Of a stretch of 37,112 bases of DNA, positions 14,121-23,376 are shown piece by piece. Position 1 is the first letter of the stretch; every line of letters starts with the position of its first letter. The DNA is taken from assembly GCA_013336035.1 (NCBI GenBank), contig JAAXUL010000001.1, forward strand, positions 1 through 37,112, given 5' to 3'. The stretch comes from Chloroflexales bacterium (GTDB lineage: Bacteria; Chloroflexota; Chloroflexia; Chloroflexales; Chloroflexaceae). Position numbers and translations under genes: made by a program. Below the pieces are notes generated by a model. That model made no database searches, was not told where the DNA came from, and saw only the letters and a program-made list of their open reading frames with translations.

Positions 14121-15314
14121 TCAGCGCCGGCCCGCGTCGTCCGGTGCATCGGCCTGCAGCGCGTCGGCCAGCAGCAGGCCCCTGGCCTCGACCGGCAGCT
14201 TCGAGCGCGGCGGGCGGCGCATGATGCGCCGTGCGATGCCCTCGAGCAGCTGGTCGCCGCTCACGCCCCGCTCGCGCACCTCCTCGAGGATCTCGCTTGC
14301 CACCGAGCTGCCCTGTGTCGTCACCAGCTCGACCAGGGCGGGCGATCTCGAGAGGGTCTCGATCGCGTCGGCCATCGCCTGGGTGCCTACCAGGTGTCTG
14401 ACGGCCTCCTCCATGGCCGGGGTGTGCACGATATGGGTCACTGCCTCTTCGATCACGGGGCTGCGCACGATCTTGCGGACGGTGGCGTCGAGGGCCGGGC
14501 TCTCGGCCACCTTCAGGATGATGCTGTCGAGGGCCGGGCTCGCGGCGACGCGAGCGATGGCCTGCTCGATCACCGGGCCCGCGACGATCTGGCGCACGGC
14601 GTCGTCCATAGCGGGCGAGCGCACGATCTCGCCCAGGGCCTGCTGGACGGCCGGGCGGCGGGCCAGGTAGACGATTGTCTGGTGGGCGATATCCTCGAGG
14701 GCGGCCTGGGCGAAGGCCCTGGCGCGCGGCTCTTCGAGCGTGCCCCGCCTGATCCAGCGCCGGGTATCCTCATCGGTCGGCTCGGCGCGGGCGCCCAGGC
14801 CCCGGCGGCGGCCAAGGCGCGGCAGCGGCAGCAACTCAAGCACCACCGAGAAGACTGTGCCGAATAGATAGGCCACGACCGAGCGCATCCACGCGATCGG
14901 GCTGCCGCGGGGGCGTAGCTGCTCCTCGGCCTCGAAGATCCAGCCGATCAGGGCGTGGCGGAAGCGCCCGGAGCCGATCTGGCCCTCGATCGTGACCTGC
15001 GCCGCCGGGGCGCGCGCGATCCCCGCCGCGGCCTCCCAGTCGTCCGAGCGGGCCGCCAGCCCGTCGAGGCCGAGCAGGGCCGCGCCTACGACCAGGCGGG
15101 TGAGGGCCTCGGTCGTTGGCGCCGGAGGGCGGGCGGGTGCGTCGCCTGGCGTGCTCGGCGCGTCACCAGGGCTGGCCGTCTGTGCCCCTTGCCGGCCCTC
15201 GTCGGCGGGGGGGGCGTTCAGGGGGGGCGCCTGGACGTCGTCTGCCGTCTCCAGGCTTCGCAGGGCCTGATCGAGCTTCCGCCTGGCATCATCAAAGGGC
15301 TCGTTCCCTGGCAT
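14121..15314 (-). CDS. Hypothetical protein with nine 13-aa helical repeats
   Basis: Strong GC3 bias; likely ATG at 15314 (MPGNEP); repeats such as IVRSPAMDDAVRQ. Confidence 0.75.
   Translation of the reverse strand: MPGNEPFDDARRKLDQALRSLETADDVQAPPLNAPPADEGRQGAQTASPGDAPSTPGDAPARPPAPTTEALTRLVVGAALLGLDGLAARSDDWEAAAGIARAPAAQVTIEGQIGSGRFRHALIGWIFEAEEQLRPRGSPIAWMRSVVAYLFGTVFSVVLELLPLPRLGRRRGLGARAEPTDEDTRRWIRRGTLEEPRARAFAQAALEDIAHQTIVYLARRPAVQQALGEIVRSPAMDDAVRQIVAGPVIEQAIARVAASPALDSIILKVAESPALDATVRKIVRSPVIEEAVTHIVHTPAMEEAVRHLVGTQAMADAIETLSRSPALVELVTTQGSSVASEILEEVRERGVSGDQLLEGIARRIMRRPPRSKLPVEARGLLLADALQADAPDDAGRR
14316..14666 (-). repeat. 9 x 39-bp (13-aa) degenerate coding tandem repeat
   Basis: LARRPAVQQALGE / IVRSPAMDDAVRQ / IVAGPVIEQAIAR / VAASPALDSIILK / VAESPALDATVRK / IVRSPVIEEAVTH / IVHTPAMEEAVRH / LVGTQAMADAIET / LSRSPALVELVTT. 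Confidence 0.85.
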
Positions 15315-15469
15315 CGCACACTCTCCCGGATATATGGGGGGCCAGCAGACTCCCCGTATTGTACGCACAATCTCCCCCTTCTGCTCTATGCTGTGGGGGA
15401 GATTCGCGCTGTGGGTCGGTGGGGGGTGTGGAGAGGCCTAGCTGCGAGGCTACGGGCGGTGCCAGGGTT

Positions 15470-16327
15470 CTAGGTCGCGATCCGCTCGATCCAGGGCAGC
15501 AGGACGTTCAGGAAGGCCTCTGGGGTCTCGTCGAAGGGGCAGTGGCCGGTCTCGGGGATCACGGCGACCTCGGCCTGTGGGAGGAGCGTCTGCTTGAAGC
15601 GCTCGGCGAGCGAGGGCGGCACCGAGCGGTCGTGCTCGCCCCAGATCAGCAGGGAAGGCGCGGTGATAGCGCCCCGCTCGATCTCGAGGAAGAGGTGAGA
15701 GAAGTTGCGGCTGACAGCCAGGTAGGCCCGGGCGCCGCCAGGGCGCACGAGAGGCGCCGCGAATAGATCGACCATCTCGGGAGTCACGCGGTCCTTGCGG
15801 TAGTAGGCCGAGACGAGGCCCTGGCGGGCGCCCCAGGAGCTGGGCAGCGCGTCGGCCAGCAGCTCGCCGACGCCGCCGGTGCGCAGGACATTAAGGATCG
15901 CGTGGTCGAAGGGCGAGGGCTGGTTGTGCGGGTCTCTGAGGCCTGTAGAGGCCACCAGGACGAGGCCGCGCACCATATGGGGGAAGTCGTGGGCCAGCTG
16001 GGCAGCGACCATCCCACCCATCGAGTGGCCGATCACCACCGCGGGCCCGGGGCAGGTGGCAGCGATCAGCTCGGCTACCTGCTCGGCCCACATGCGGCGG
16101 TCTGGGGGGCGGGCGGGGATGTCGGACTGGCCGAAGAAGTAGAGGTCGAGGGCAAACAGGCTATGCTGGGCGGCGATAGGCCTGGTCACCGCGCGCCAGT
16201 GTTCGATCATCCCGCCGTAGCCGTGGATCAGCACCACCGGGACACCCTGGTGTGGGGATGACTCCCAGTAGCGCATCAGCCCGTGTTGTCCCTCAAGGAA
16301 GCGCTCGGTGATCGAGTAGGTTGTCAT
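15470..16327 (-). CDS. Alpha/beta-fold hydrolase
   Basis: LIHGYG oxyanion motif, GHSMGG nucleophile, WGEHD acid, GHCP histidine. Confidence 0.92.
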   Translation of the reverse strand: MTTYSITERFLEGQHGLMRYWESSPHQGVPVVLIHGYGGMIEHWRAVTRPIAAQHSLFALDLYFFGQSDIPARPPDRRMWAEQVAELIAATCPGPAVVIGHSMGGMVAAQLAHDFPHMVRGLVLVASTGLRDPHNQPSPFDHAILNVLRTGGVGELLADALPSSWGARQGLVSAYYRKDRVTPEMVDLFAAPLVRPGGARAYLAVSRNFSHLFLEIERGAITAPSLLIWGEHDRSVPPSLAERFKQTLLPQAEVAVIPETGHCPFDETPEAFLNVLLPWIERIAT

Positions 16328-16369
16328 GGGGGTAGGAGCGAGGAGGGTCTGCCCTCCTCAGCTTATGGG

Positions 16370-16858
16370 CTACTCTTCGACGACGATACGCGTAGGCGTG
16401 CGCGTTTCGAGCTGGCGAGCGGACGACGGGCCCTCGATCAGCGAGCGCAGCCTGATGAGCTGGATGCCCATATCGAGCTCGGCGAACGGGCGGATGAGGC
16501 CGCCGACGAAGACGCTCAGGGCCAGGTTGGGCACCTCGTACTCAACGCGGTTCTGGACGACCGTGCGCGGGCCATCGGTCCACCAGCGCCACAGGTCTTT
16601 GCCGATCCACATCCCATCGATGCTCTGCAGGATATGGCCGCTGTCGCGCTCGGTGACGGTGTAGTCGGCGCTGGTGGAGAAGAAGGGCGTGAGGGGGCGT
16701 GCCGTGTACTTGCTGCCGAGGGCCATGGGGATGCCCTGCTGGTTCTCGACATTCAGCAGTGGAGAGCGCCATTGGGCGAGCAGGGCTGGGTCGGTCAGGT
16801 GCCTCTCGACGACGTCAGGGGTGGTATTAATTGAGATAAACTGCTCTTGTACGAACAT
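16370..16858 (-). CDS. SRPBCC/START-like protein, probably the CsmP-type chlorosome protein
   Basis: Helix-grip pattern (EQFISINTTPDVVERHLTDPALLAQW..W..VQNRVEYE plus C-terminal helix); size and position downstream of csmMN fit my recollection of Chloroflexus csmP (not verified). Confidence 0.7.
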   Translation of the reverse strand: MFVQEQFISINTTPDVVERHLTDPALLAQWRSPLLNVENQQGIPMALGSKYTARPLTPFFSTSADYTVTERDSGHILQSIDGMWIGKDLWRWWTDGPRTVVQNRVEYEVPNLALSVFVGGLIRPFAELDMGIQLIRLRSLIEGPSSARQLETRTPTRIVVEE

Positions 16859-16892
16859 GGCCAGCCTCTGATGCTATGTGGCTCCTAGACTG

Positions 16893-16901
16893 ATTCTACC
16901 A
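16893..16901 (-). promoter_or_regulatory. Extended -10 promoter for the SRPBCC gene
   Basis: Minus strand TGGTAGAAT about 35 nt upstream of the ATG. Confidence 0.5.
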
Positions 16902-16936
16902 CAGCTTTGACATGACGATGACGCGCCGCGCATGCA

Positions 16937-16970
16937 ACGGCCCCCTCCCGAGCCTGCTGGAGGGGGCTGT
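16937..16970 (-). terminator. Hairpin downstream of bchR
   Basis: 12-bp stem with one mismatch, ACGGCCCCCTCC / GGAGGGGGCTGT. Confidence 0.55.
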
Positions 16971-17010
16971 CGCCCGGGGCAATCTATGCCAGAGGTGGGC
17001 GCAGGCTCGC

Positions 17011-18396
17011 CTAGAGAAAGGTCTCGGGCGTGAGGCGCTGCGAGAAGTAGTGCATCGCGATATTGACCAGCCAGACCCAGTCGGGCTTGCGGGGGCCGAG
17101 GCGCTGCAGGATAGCGGGCCAGGAGTAGATCGCGCGCTGGATCTTGATGAAGTTCTTGAGGAACTGCTCTTTGGGCAGCTTCTCGGGCTCGTACATATAG
17201 TGAAAGGTGTCGTACTTATTCCAGTCGTGCTGGACGATGCGCGGCTTCATCTCCTCGTACCACGGGGTGCCGGGGAAGGGCGTGGCGATGGTGAAGACCG
17301 GGAACTCGATCCGGTTCTTCATGATGAAGTCGAAGGTGTGCTGGAAGCTATTCGGGGTGTCGGTGTCGAAGCCGAAGATAAAGTAGCCCTGGATCGCGAT
17401 GCCCCGCTTCTGGACGTTGGCGACGATCTCTTCGTAGCGGCCGACCCGGTTCGAGCCTTTGTGGACAAACTTGATCGTCTCGGGGGAGACCGACTCGAAG
17501 CCGACGTTGAACATCTCGCAGCCGGCCTCTGCCGCCAGATCGACAAACTCGGACTTCTCGAGGAAGTTCATCGAGATATTGGCGTTCCACTTCGCGCCCA
17601 GGCCGACCATCGCGTTGAACAGCTCCTCGGCGTAGGCGGGCTTGAAGCAGATATTGTCGTCCATGAACGAGAAGCGGACATTCGCCCGGCCGGCAAAATC
17701 CTGATGGGCCTTGATCTCGGCGATCATCTGGTCGGACTCGCGGGTGCGGAAGGTCTTGCCGTAGATGCGCGGCGTGCAGCAGAAGTTGCAGCCGACGGGG
17801 CAGCCCTTAGTCGCGAGCAGGGGCAGGCGCTCCGAGTAGTTCTTCACGCGCTTCGAGCGGCGGGCGAAGGCGAAGTCGGGGCGGGACATCTCGGTCAGGG
17901 GCTTCCAGCCGGCCTGTGGCTCGGGCTTGTAGAGCGGCTTGAGCGTATTCTCGTAGATATCCTGGGTGAGGTCATCGTAGATCGACTCGATCTCGCCGAA
18001 GACGACCGAGGTCGCGTGCTGGAGGGCCTCGTTGGGCATCATGGTGGGGTGGACGCCGCCGAGGAGGACCTGCTTGCCCTGTGCCAGAGCCTTATCGCCG
18101 ATCGCGTAGACTCGCTTGGCGTTGAGCGTGCGCGAGGTCATGGCGATCACATCGTACTCCGAGAGATCCTCGGGCAGCTTATCGCCGATGCGCTCATCGA
18201 GGAAGTCGATATCGAAGTGGGTCTTGGCCTGGGTGGCGACCATCATCAGGTTGAGCGGCATGCTCACCTTGCCCGAGTCGACCATCAAGGGGGTATCGGA
18301 TTTGGGCTGGACGACCAGCCACCGCTTGCGCTTGGTCGGGGCGACGAAAGGCTTGCGCGCCTGGTCGATCGTCTCCGGCTCAACGAGGGTGCTCAT
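17011..18396 (-). CDS. bchR: Cobalamin-dependent radical SAM methyltransferase, likely BChlide C-12(1) methyltransferase
   Basis: B12-binding domain (LGGVHPT), CxxxCxxC (GCPVGCNFCC), GFES, TPFPGT; N-terminus WLVVQPKS..MVDSGKVSMPLNL resembles Chlorobi BchR as remembered; Q/R assignment needs confirmation. Confidence 0.7.
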   Translation of the reverse strand: MSTLVEPETIDQARKPFVAPTKRKRWLVVQPKSDTPLMVDSGKVSMPLNLMMVATQAKTHFDIDFLDERIGDKLPEDLSEYDVIAMTSRTLNAKRVYAIGDKALAQGKQVLLGGVHPTMMPNEALQHATSVVFGEIESIYDDLTQDIYENTLKPLYKPEPQAGWKPLTEMSRPDFAFARRSKRVKNYSERLPLLATKGCPVGCNFCCTPRIYGKTFRTRESDQMIAEIKAHQDFAGRANVRFSFMDDNICFKPAYAEELFNAMVGLGAKWNANISMNFLEKSEFVDLAAEAGCEMFNVGFESVSPETIKFVHKGSNRVGRYEEIVANVQKRGIAIQGYFIFGFDTDTPNSFQHTFDFIMKNRIEFPVFTIATPFPGTPWYEEMKPRIVQHDWNKYDTFHYMYEPEKLPKEQFLKNFIKIQRAIYSWPAILQRLGPRKPDWVWLVNIAMHYFSQRLTPETFL

Positions 18397-18417
18397 ACGC
18401 GGCCTCTTTTCGCTTGC

Positions 18418-19971
18418 CTAACGTGTCCCGACCGCCGACTCGACGGGCTCATCCGCGACCGCGGCGGGGGCGTGGCGCAGGTGCTCCTGGGACAGTGGCC
18501 GGCGCGCCCCGGTCTTACAGTTCTCGAGCTGGTCTTGCAGATTGCGCCGGAAGGCCAGGCTGGTCACTGTCGTGATCAGCTTATTGTTGTTCATGCGCAC
18601 GCGGCGGATGTTTGCCCGCCAGGTGAACATGCCCAGGAAGTGCTCCATATAGCGGATCTGGTACTCGAAGGGGTCGTAGCGGTCGCAGCGCACCACCAGA
18701 TTATGGGCGGTGTACTTATCCCAGTCCTCATCGACCACGAGGCCCTGGGCTTTATAGTCTATATAGAGCTGGGTGCCCGGGTAGGGCGTGAGGATCGAGT
18801 AGATCGGCATCACGAGGGCATTCTCGACCACAAACTTCATTGTGGCGTCCATGTCCTCGTAGGTGTCGATGGCGGGGTTGACGAGGAAGTTGCACTGGAT
18901 CGGCAGCCCGGCCTTACGGCAGTCGGTGATGATCCGCGAGTAGTCAGCCGCCGTGTTGATGCGACCCTTATTATAGGCCTTGAGCGTCTCCTGGTTGATC
19001 GACTCGAAGCCGACGAGGGCCATCGCGCAGCCCGCCTTGACCAGCAGCTCGACGGTCTTCTTATCGTCGAGGAACTTCAGGCTGATGAAGCTGCTGAAGC
19101 GGATGTTGCACTCGGCCAGGACCTCCATGATCTCCCACATGCGCTGCTTATTCACGCCCAGGTTCTCATCGGTGAACATGAACCAGGGCTTGCTGCCATA
19201 GCGCGAATCGCGGAACCAGACCCGCTTGGCCGTTGCGATCTGCTTGCGGATGGCCTCGGGGTCCTGGGTGCGATAGAGCCGGCCGGTGAAGTTTGGCGTG
19301 ACGCAGAACGAGCATGTGAAGGGGCAGCCGCGGGTCATATAGATCGGGATCGACTTGCGCGAGTCGACCTTGCCGCGCTTGCTGCAGCGGAAGATGCGCT
19401 CGTAGTCGATCACCGGCACCTCATTGACCGCCGGGAAGTGCTTGGACTCGTAGCGACGCTGGAGCTTGCCGTCGGCCAGATCCTGCAGCACTGCCGCCCA
19501 GAGGTTCTCGGCCTCGCCGCTGACGACGCAGTCGGCGTGCTCGAGGGCCTCGTCGTAGTTGAACGAGACATGCACGCCGCCGAGCACTACCTTTACGCCG
19601 CGCGCGCGGAAGGCGTCGGAGATCTCGTAGGCCCTGGTGGCGTTCAGCGTGCGCGTAGTGATGCCGACCAGATCATAGTCGCCACCATAGTTGATCACAT
19701 CGCCGAAGAGCTCGTCGGCCAGCTCGATCTCGTGTTGGGGGGGGGTGATGCTGACCAGTACGCCGACCGCCATCGAGAAGAGCGCCTTCTGGCTGGTGTC
19801 TTCCTCTTTCTTGCCCTTGGGGGTAATTAGGAGGATGCGCAGCGGGCGGATCGAGGCGGGGTCACGGAGTGGCGCGCGCAGGGTAATCGAGGTGGGGGCC
19901 GAAAGCTCTTCTGATGATCCGAGCGGCACCGGCAAAGCGCCGGTCGGGCGAGTTTGCGGCGTTCCACTCAT
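18418..19971 (-). CDS. bchQ: Cobalamin-dependent radical SAM methyltransferase, likely BChlide C-8(2) methyltransferase
   Basis: LGGVHVS, CxxxCxxC (GCPFTCSFC), GFES, TPYPGT; QKALFSMAVGVLVSITPPQH and KPWFMFTDENLG resemble Chlorobi BchQ as remembered; RBS GAGGAG. Confidence 0.72.
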   Translation of the reverse strand: MSGTPQTRPTGALPVPLGSSEELSAPTSITLRAPLRDPASIRPLRILLITPKGKKEEDTSQKALFSMAVGVLVSITPPQHEIELADELFGDVINYGGDYDLVGITTRTLNATRAYEISDAFRARGVKVVLGGVHVSFNYDEALEHADCVVSGEAENLWAAVLQDLADGKLQRRYESKHFPAVNEVPVIDYERIFRCSKRGKVDSRKSIPIYMTRGCPFTCSFCVTPNFTGRLYRTQDPEAIRKQIATAKRVWFRDSRYGSKPWFMFTDENLGVNKQRMWEIMEVLAECNIRFSSFISLKFLDDKKTVELLVKAGCAMALVGFESINQETLKAYNKGRINTAADYSRIITDCRKAGLPIQCNFLVNPAIDTYEDMDATMKFVVENALVMPIYSILTPYPGTQLYIDYKAQGLVVDEDWDKYTAHNLVVRCDRYDPFEYQIRYMEHFLGMFTWRANIRRVRMNNNKLITTVTSLAFRRNLQDQLENCKTGARRPLSQEHLRHAPAAVADEPVESAVGTR

Positions 19972-20054
19972 AAACTACTCCTCATCCTCAGATCTGGGAT
20001 GCTTGGTACCTTGCTCCGGCCGCGGGGCGCTCCGGATTGGGGTCGGCTGCCGAG

Positions 20055-20083
20055 ATTATAGCGCACAATTACATATATGTCCA
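20055..20083 (-). promoter_or_regulatory. sigma70-type promoter for bchQ-bchR
   Basis: TGGACA, 17 nt spacer, TATAAT; 10-bp palindrome ACATATATGT (20071-20080) overlaps the -35 element. Confidence 0.65.
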
Positions 20084-20126
20084 GATAGTTCGGAAAGTTG
20101 TAAATTGAGAAACTATCGTAGTTGAA

Positions 20127-21299
20127 TCAGGCCTTGCCGGTCAGGATCGAGCGATACCAGGTCTCGATACCCCGCTTCATCAGCACTGCCGGGTAGCCGA
20201 CGATCGGCATACCGAGCGGGTTGCCGACGGCATACTCGGGGCCAAGCGAGACCAGCTCGCCGAGCCTGACGGGCTCGTAGGTGCGGGGCGGGCGCCCCTC
20301 TATCTCCGCGAGCAGGCTCTCGGCCAGGTGGCTGCCCTGGCGCATCGCATACGAGGCCGTAGAGGGCACCTGGCCCTCGACGAGGTCGGGGATGGCCGCG
20401 CAGTCGCCCGCGGCGAAGATCACGGGGTAATCGATGACGCGCAGATAGCGGTCGGTGCGCACATGGCCGGTGGCATCGACAGGCAGGCCGGACTCGCGCA
20501 GCAGGTCGGGGCCCTTCATACCAGCGGCCCAGACCAGCGTGGCGGCGCGCAGCACCCGCCCGCCGGCGACGCGCAGCGTCTGTGGCTCGACCGACTCGAC
20601 GGCGGTGTCGAGGTAGACGCTCACGCCGAGCCTATCGAGGGCGCGCTCGGCCTCGCGCGTGGCCCACAAGCCGAACTGTCTCAGCAGCAGGTGGCCGCGC
20701 TCGACCAGGGCGATCCGCACCTGAGAGCGAGGCGCGCCGGTCTCGCGGCAGAGATCATCGACCCAGGCAGCGAGCTCGCCGGCAAGCTGGCAGCCGGTGT
20801 AGCTGCCGCCGACGATCGCGGTGGTCATCAGCATGCGCTGCTGTTGCTGGTCGGTTGTCTGGGCCGCGGCCGTAAACTGGGCGATCAGATGGTTGTGCAG
20901 GCGCACAGCGTGCTCGTAGGTGCGCAGGTCGAGGGTGTGCTCTTGCGCGCCGGGGACGAGGTAGGCGGTCTCGGCGCCGAGGGTGAGCACCAGGCGGTCA
21001 TACGGCAGGCTCTGCCCGTCCTCTAGCTCGACCCGGCACTCGTGTGGCAAGAGCCTGGCGGCGCGGCCCTGCACAAAACGAACCTCGCTCTTCTGCAGCA
21101 ACGTGGCCAGATCGTAGATTGCCTCCTGGACAGGCGCGCTAGAGGCGACGGTGTGGTGCAGCACCTGGACGAGCTGGTGGTAGGGGAACTGGTCGACCAG
21201 GATGACCGCATCGGTGCGCTTGCGCTCGCGCAACAGTCGATCGAGGTCGATAGCGGCGCGGAGCCCGGCATAACCCGCGCCCAGGATCACGATCTGCAT
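20127..21299 (-). CDS. NDH-2-like NAD(P)/FAD-dependent oxidoreductase
   Basis: MQIVILGAGYAG (FAD site), YDRLVLTLGA, IVGGSYTG (second Rossmann fold), WAAG, IFAAGDCA. Confidence 0.88.
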   Translation of the reverse strand: MQIVILGAGYAGLRAAIDLDRLLRERKRTDAVILVDQFPYHQLVQVLHHTVASSAPVQEAIYDLATLLQKSEVRFVQGRAARLLPHECRVELEDGQSLPYDRLVLTLGAETAYLVPGAQEHTLDLRTYEHAVRLHNHLIAQFTAAAQTTDQQQQRMLMTTAIVGGSYTGCQLAGELAAWVDDLCRETGAPRSQVRIALVERGHLLLRQFGLWATREAERALDRLGVSVYLDTAVESVEPQTLRVAGGRVLRAATLVWAAGMKGPDLLRESGLPVDATGHVRTDRYLRVIDYPVIFAAGDCAAIPDLVEGQVPSTASYAMRQGSHLAESLLAEIEGRPPRTYEPVRLGELVSLGPEYAVGNPLGMPIVGYPAVLMKRGIETWYRSILTGKA

Positions 21300-21455
21300 A
21301 GAGGTGAACCGCTCTGTGTGCAAGGCGGGGAAGCTGAAAGAGGGCCTAGAATGCGGCAGGGAGCGTGGAGGAGCAAGTGCAGGCGGGAGGGGTGCTCCCA
21401 CTCGCTCGCTCGCCCACGCTCCCCGGCATTCACCGATACGATCGATCGCCTCGAG

Positions 21456-21887
21456 CTACGGGGTCTTGGGGGCCTTCTCGACCCACTCGTCCACTTTGGC
21501 GACGGTGCGCTCGACCCCATCGGCGGCGCGGCCAGCGGCCTGGCCGACAGTGGCGCCGAACTCATCGGCGGCGCGGGCCAGCCGCTCGGTGAAGGCGCGG
21601 GCGCGATTGCCGATCGTCTCGGCGCTGGGCAGGGCCGGGGCGGTGCCGCTGAAGATATCATCAACGACGCGCTCAGAGATATCGGCCAGCTCCTTGGGCA
21701 GGGCGATGAAGCCGCGGGCCAGCTCAGCGACACCCCGGCGCACGCGCACGCGCGTGTTGCGGGGCAGGATGCTCAGCGGGATCGAGATGATCGTCAGGCT
21801 AAGGCGGGCCACCCCGCCTACGAGCCTGGCGCCCAGCTCGAACAGGCCATCGGCATCGGCGCGGGTGGTGCTCGCATTCTCGCTCAT
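21456..21887 (-). CDS. csmN: Chlorosome envelope protein CsmN
   Basis: DGLFELGARLVGGVAR..LPRNTRVRVRR..PKELADISERVVDDIF..FTERLARAA..KVDEWVE matches Chloroflexus CsmN as remembered; RBS AGGAG; follows csmM. Confidence 0.88.
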   Translation of the reverse strand: MSENASTTRADADGLFELGARLVGGVARLSLTIISIPLSILPRNTRVRVRRGVAELARGFIALPKELADISERVVDDIFSGTAPALPSAETIGNRARAFTERLARAADEFGATVGQAAGRAADGVERTVAKVDEWVEKAPKTP

Positions 21888-21955
21888 ACAGTGTTCTCCT
21901 GTTGGGGGCGTCCCTGTCTATGCCCCTAGGGGGCTACCGGCAGCGCGTAAAGCGC

Positions 21956-22267
21956 CTAGCCAGCGGCCAGCTCATCCTTCGGCGCCTTCTTCTCGGCCAC
22001 TCCGCTATCGGCGGCCCAATCCTCGACCACCTTGCTCGCGACCCCAACAATCTCGCCCGGCAGGCTAGCGAAAGCGTAGGCAAACTCCTTGGTCGCGTTC
22101 TGGATGTGCTGGCGGCTCACGGGGGGCAGCAGCGACAGGGGGAGCGTCAGGACCGAGAAGCCAACCCGCAGCGCGCCACCGCCCAGCTCGATCGCGGACT
22201 CTACCAAACTCTCACTGCGCTTTGTGCGGACGTTGCGCACCCGCACCTCACCTGTGGTTTCCGACAT
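21956..22267 (-). CDS. csmM: Chlorosome envelope protein CsmM
   Basis: GEVRVR..VESAIELGGG..TLPLSLLPPVSRQHIQNATKE..AFASLP matches Chloroflexus CsmM; RBS AAGGAGGT before ATG at 22267. Confidence 0.9.
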   Translation of the reverse strand: MSETTGEVRVRNVRTKRSESLVESAIELGGGALRVGFSVLTLPLSLLPPVSRQHIQNATKEFAYAFASLPGEIVGVASKVVEDWAADSGVAEKKAPKDELAAG

Positions 22268-22345
22268 GCTCGACCTCCTTATATGAAGTATGCAGGGTGG
22301 GAGCAGGAAGGGCAAAACTCTCCTGCCGATCCTCACCGAGGCACC

Positions 22346-23311
22346 TTACCCAAAGTAGCCGCCGACCATAAAGGCTGATGCGATCTGGATTAGCAGCGCG
22401 AACGGGTTGCTCGCGACCAGGTAGCGGATGTAGTTCTTCTGTGATGGCTCTTTATAGAGCTGGATCTGACTATAGATCGGCACGATGATAGACAGACCGA
22501 TGAGCCCCCCTACCCAGTAGTATCCCCAGACCAGGGCCAGCACCATCAGCAGCGCCTGTGAGATGTTGATCGTCAGATAGGCGATGATCAGGGCCTTGTG
22601 CATACCATGGGCGACGGCGATCGACATCAGGCCGTGCTGGCGGTCGCCCTCAACGCTCTTGATATCGTTGAGGAACAGCATCCCCGAGGCCAGGCCACCA
22701 TGAAGGATGGCGACCACCAGACTCTGCCAGGTCAGCGGGGCGAAGAGCACGTGACCGGCGACCCAGCTCATACTTACATAGCCCAGGCCCACAGCGGGTG
22801 GGCCAAGCCAGTAGTTCTTCTTGAGCTTGATCGGCGGCATGCTGTAGATCACCGACAGGATCAGCCCCAGCACCGAAAGCACAAGGATCAGCGGGTTGTT
22901 AAGCAGCAGCGCGACCGACAGGGTGGCCGCGCCGAGCACCAGCCAGTTGAGCCGCGCCTCATTCAGGGTGATCAGACCTGCCGGGATCGGTCGCTCAGGG
23001 TCGTTAATCGCGTCAAGGTCGCGGTCGAAGTAGTCGTTGATGCTCTGGCTGAAGCCGGTCCCCAGCGGGCCCGTCATCAGCGCGACCAGGAGGATGCGGC
23101 TCCAGTCCTCGGGGTTGTCCCACTGAAAGCCAGTGACACGTCCAGAGGCGAGCCCTCCACAGATAGTGATCAGCGCAGGCGAGATCCAGGTAACCGGATC
23201 GGCAAGCTCAATGTGCGCCCGGATCTTCCTGCCCAGGGGTACATGCTTCCGCGCGTTAGACACCACTCGGGCGTCTTTGGTTCTGGATACAGGCTGTTGT
23301 TTGCTTGCCAT
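22346..23311 (-). CDS. bchK: Bacteriochlorophyll c synthase (UbiA family)
   Basis: ELADPVTWI, QSINDYFDRDLDAINDPERPIP, NDIKSVEGD; lies between bchU and csmM. Confidence 0.9.
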   Translation of the reverse strand: MASKQQPVSRTKDARVVSNARKHVPLGRKIRAHIELADPVTWISPALITICGGLASGRVTGFQWDNPEDWSRILLVALMTGPLGTGFSQSINDYFDRDLDAINDPERPIPAGLITLNEARLNWLVLGAATLSVALLLNNPLILVLSVLGLILSVIYSMPPIKLKKNYWLGPPAVGLGYVSMSWVAGHVLFAPLTWQSLVVAILHGGLASGMLFLNDIKSVEGDRQHGLMSIAVAHGMHKALIIAYLTINISQALLMVLALVWGYYWVGGLIGLSIIVPIYSQIQLYKEPSQKNYIRYLVASNPFALLIQIASAFMVGGYFG

Positions 23312-23376
23312 TCTACCACGGTACGCAAGGTCTGCGGCACTCAGCCACGCTCCCTGGGTCCCGCCTCCTCGCCCTC

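Noticed and set aside
16912..19830. 972-aa plus-strand ORF
   Set aside because: Antisense shadow of the in-register bchQ and bchR genes in high-GC DNA; no recognisable motifs or RBS
23310..23319. GTGGTAGAAT extended -10-like sequence overlapping the bchK start codon
   Set aside because: A transcript from it would start inside bchK with no usable start codon nearby; probably coincidental
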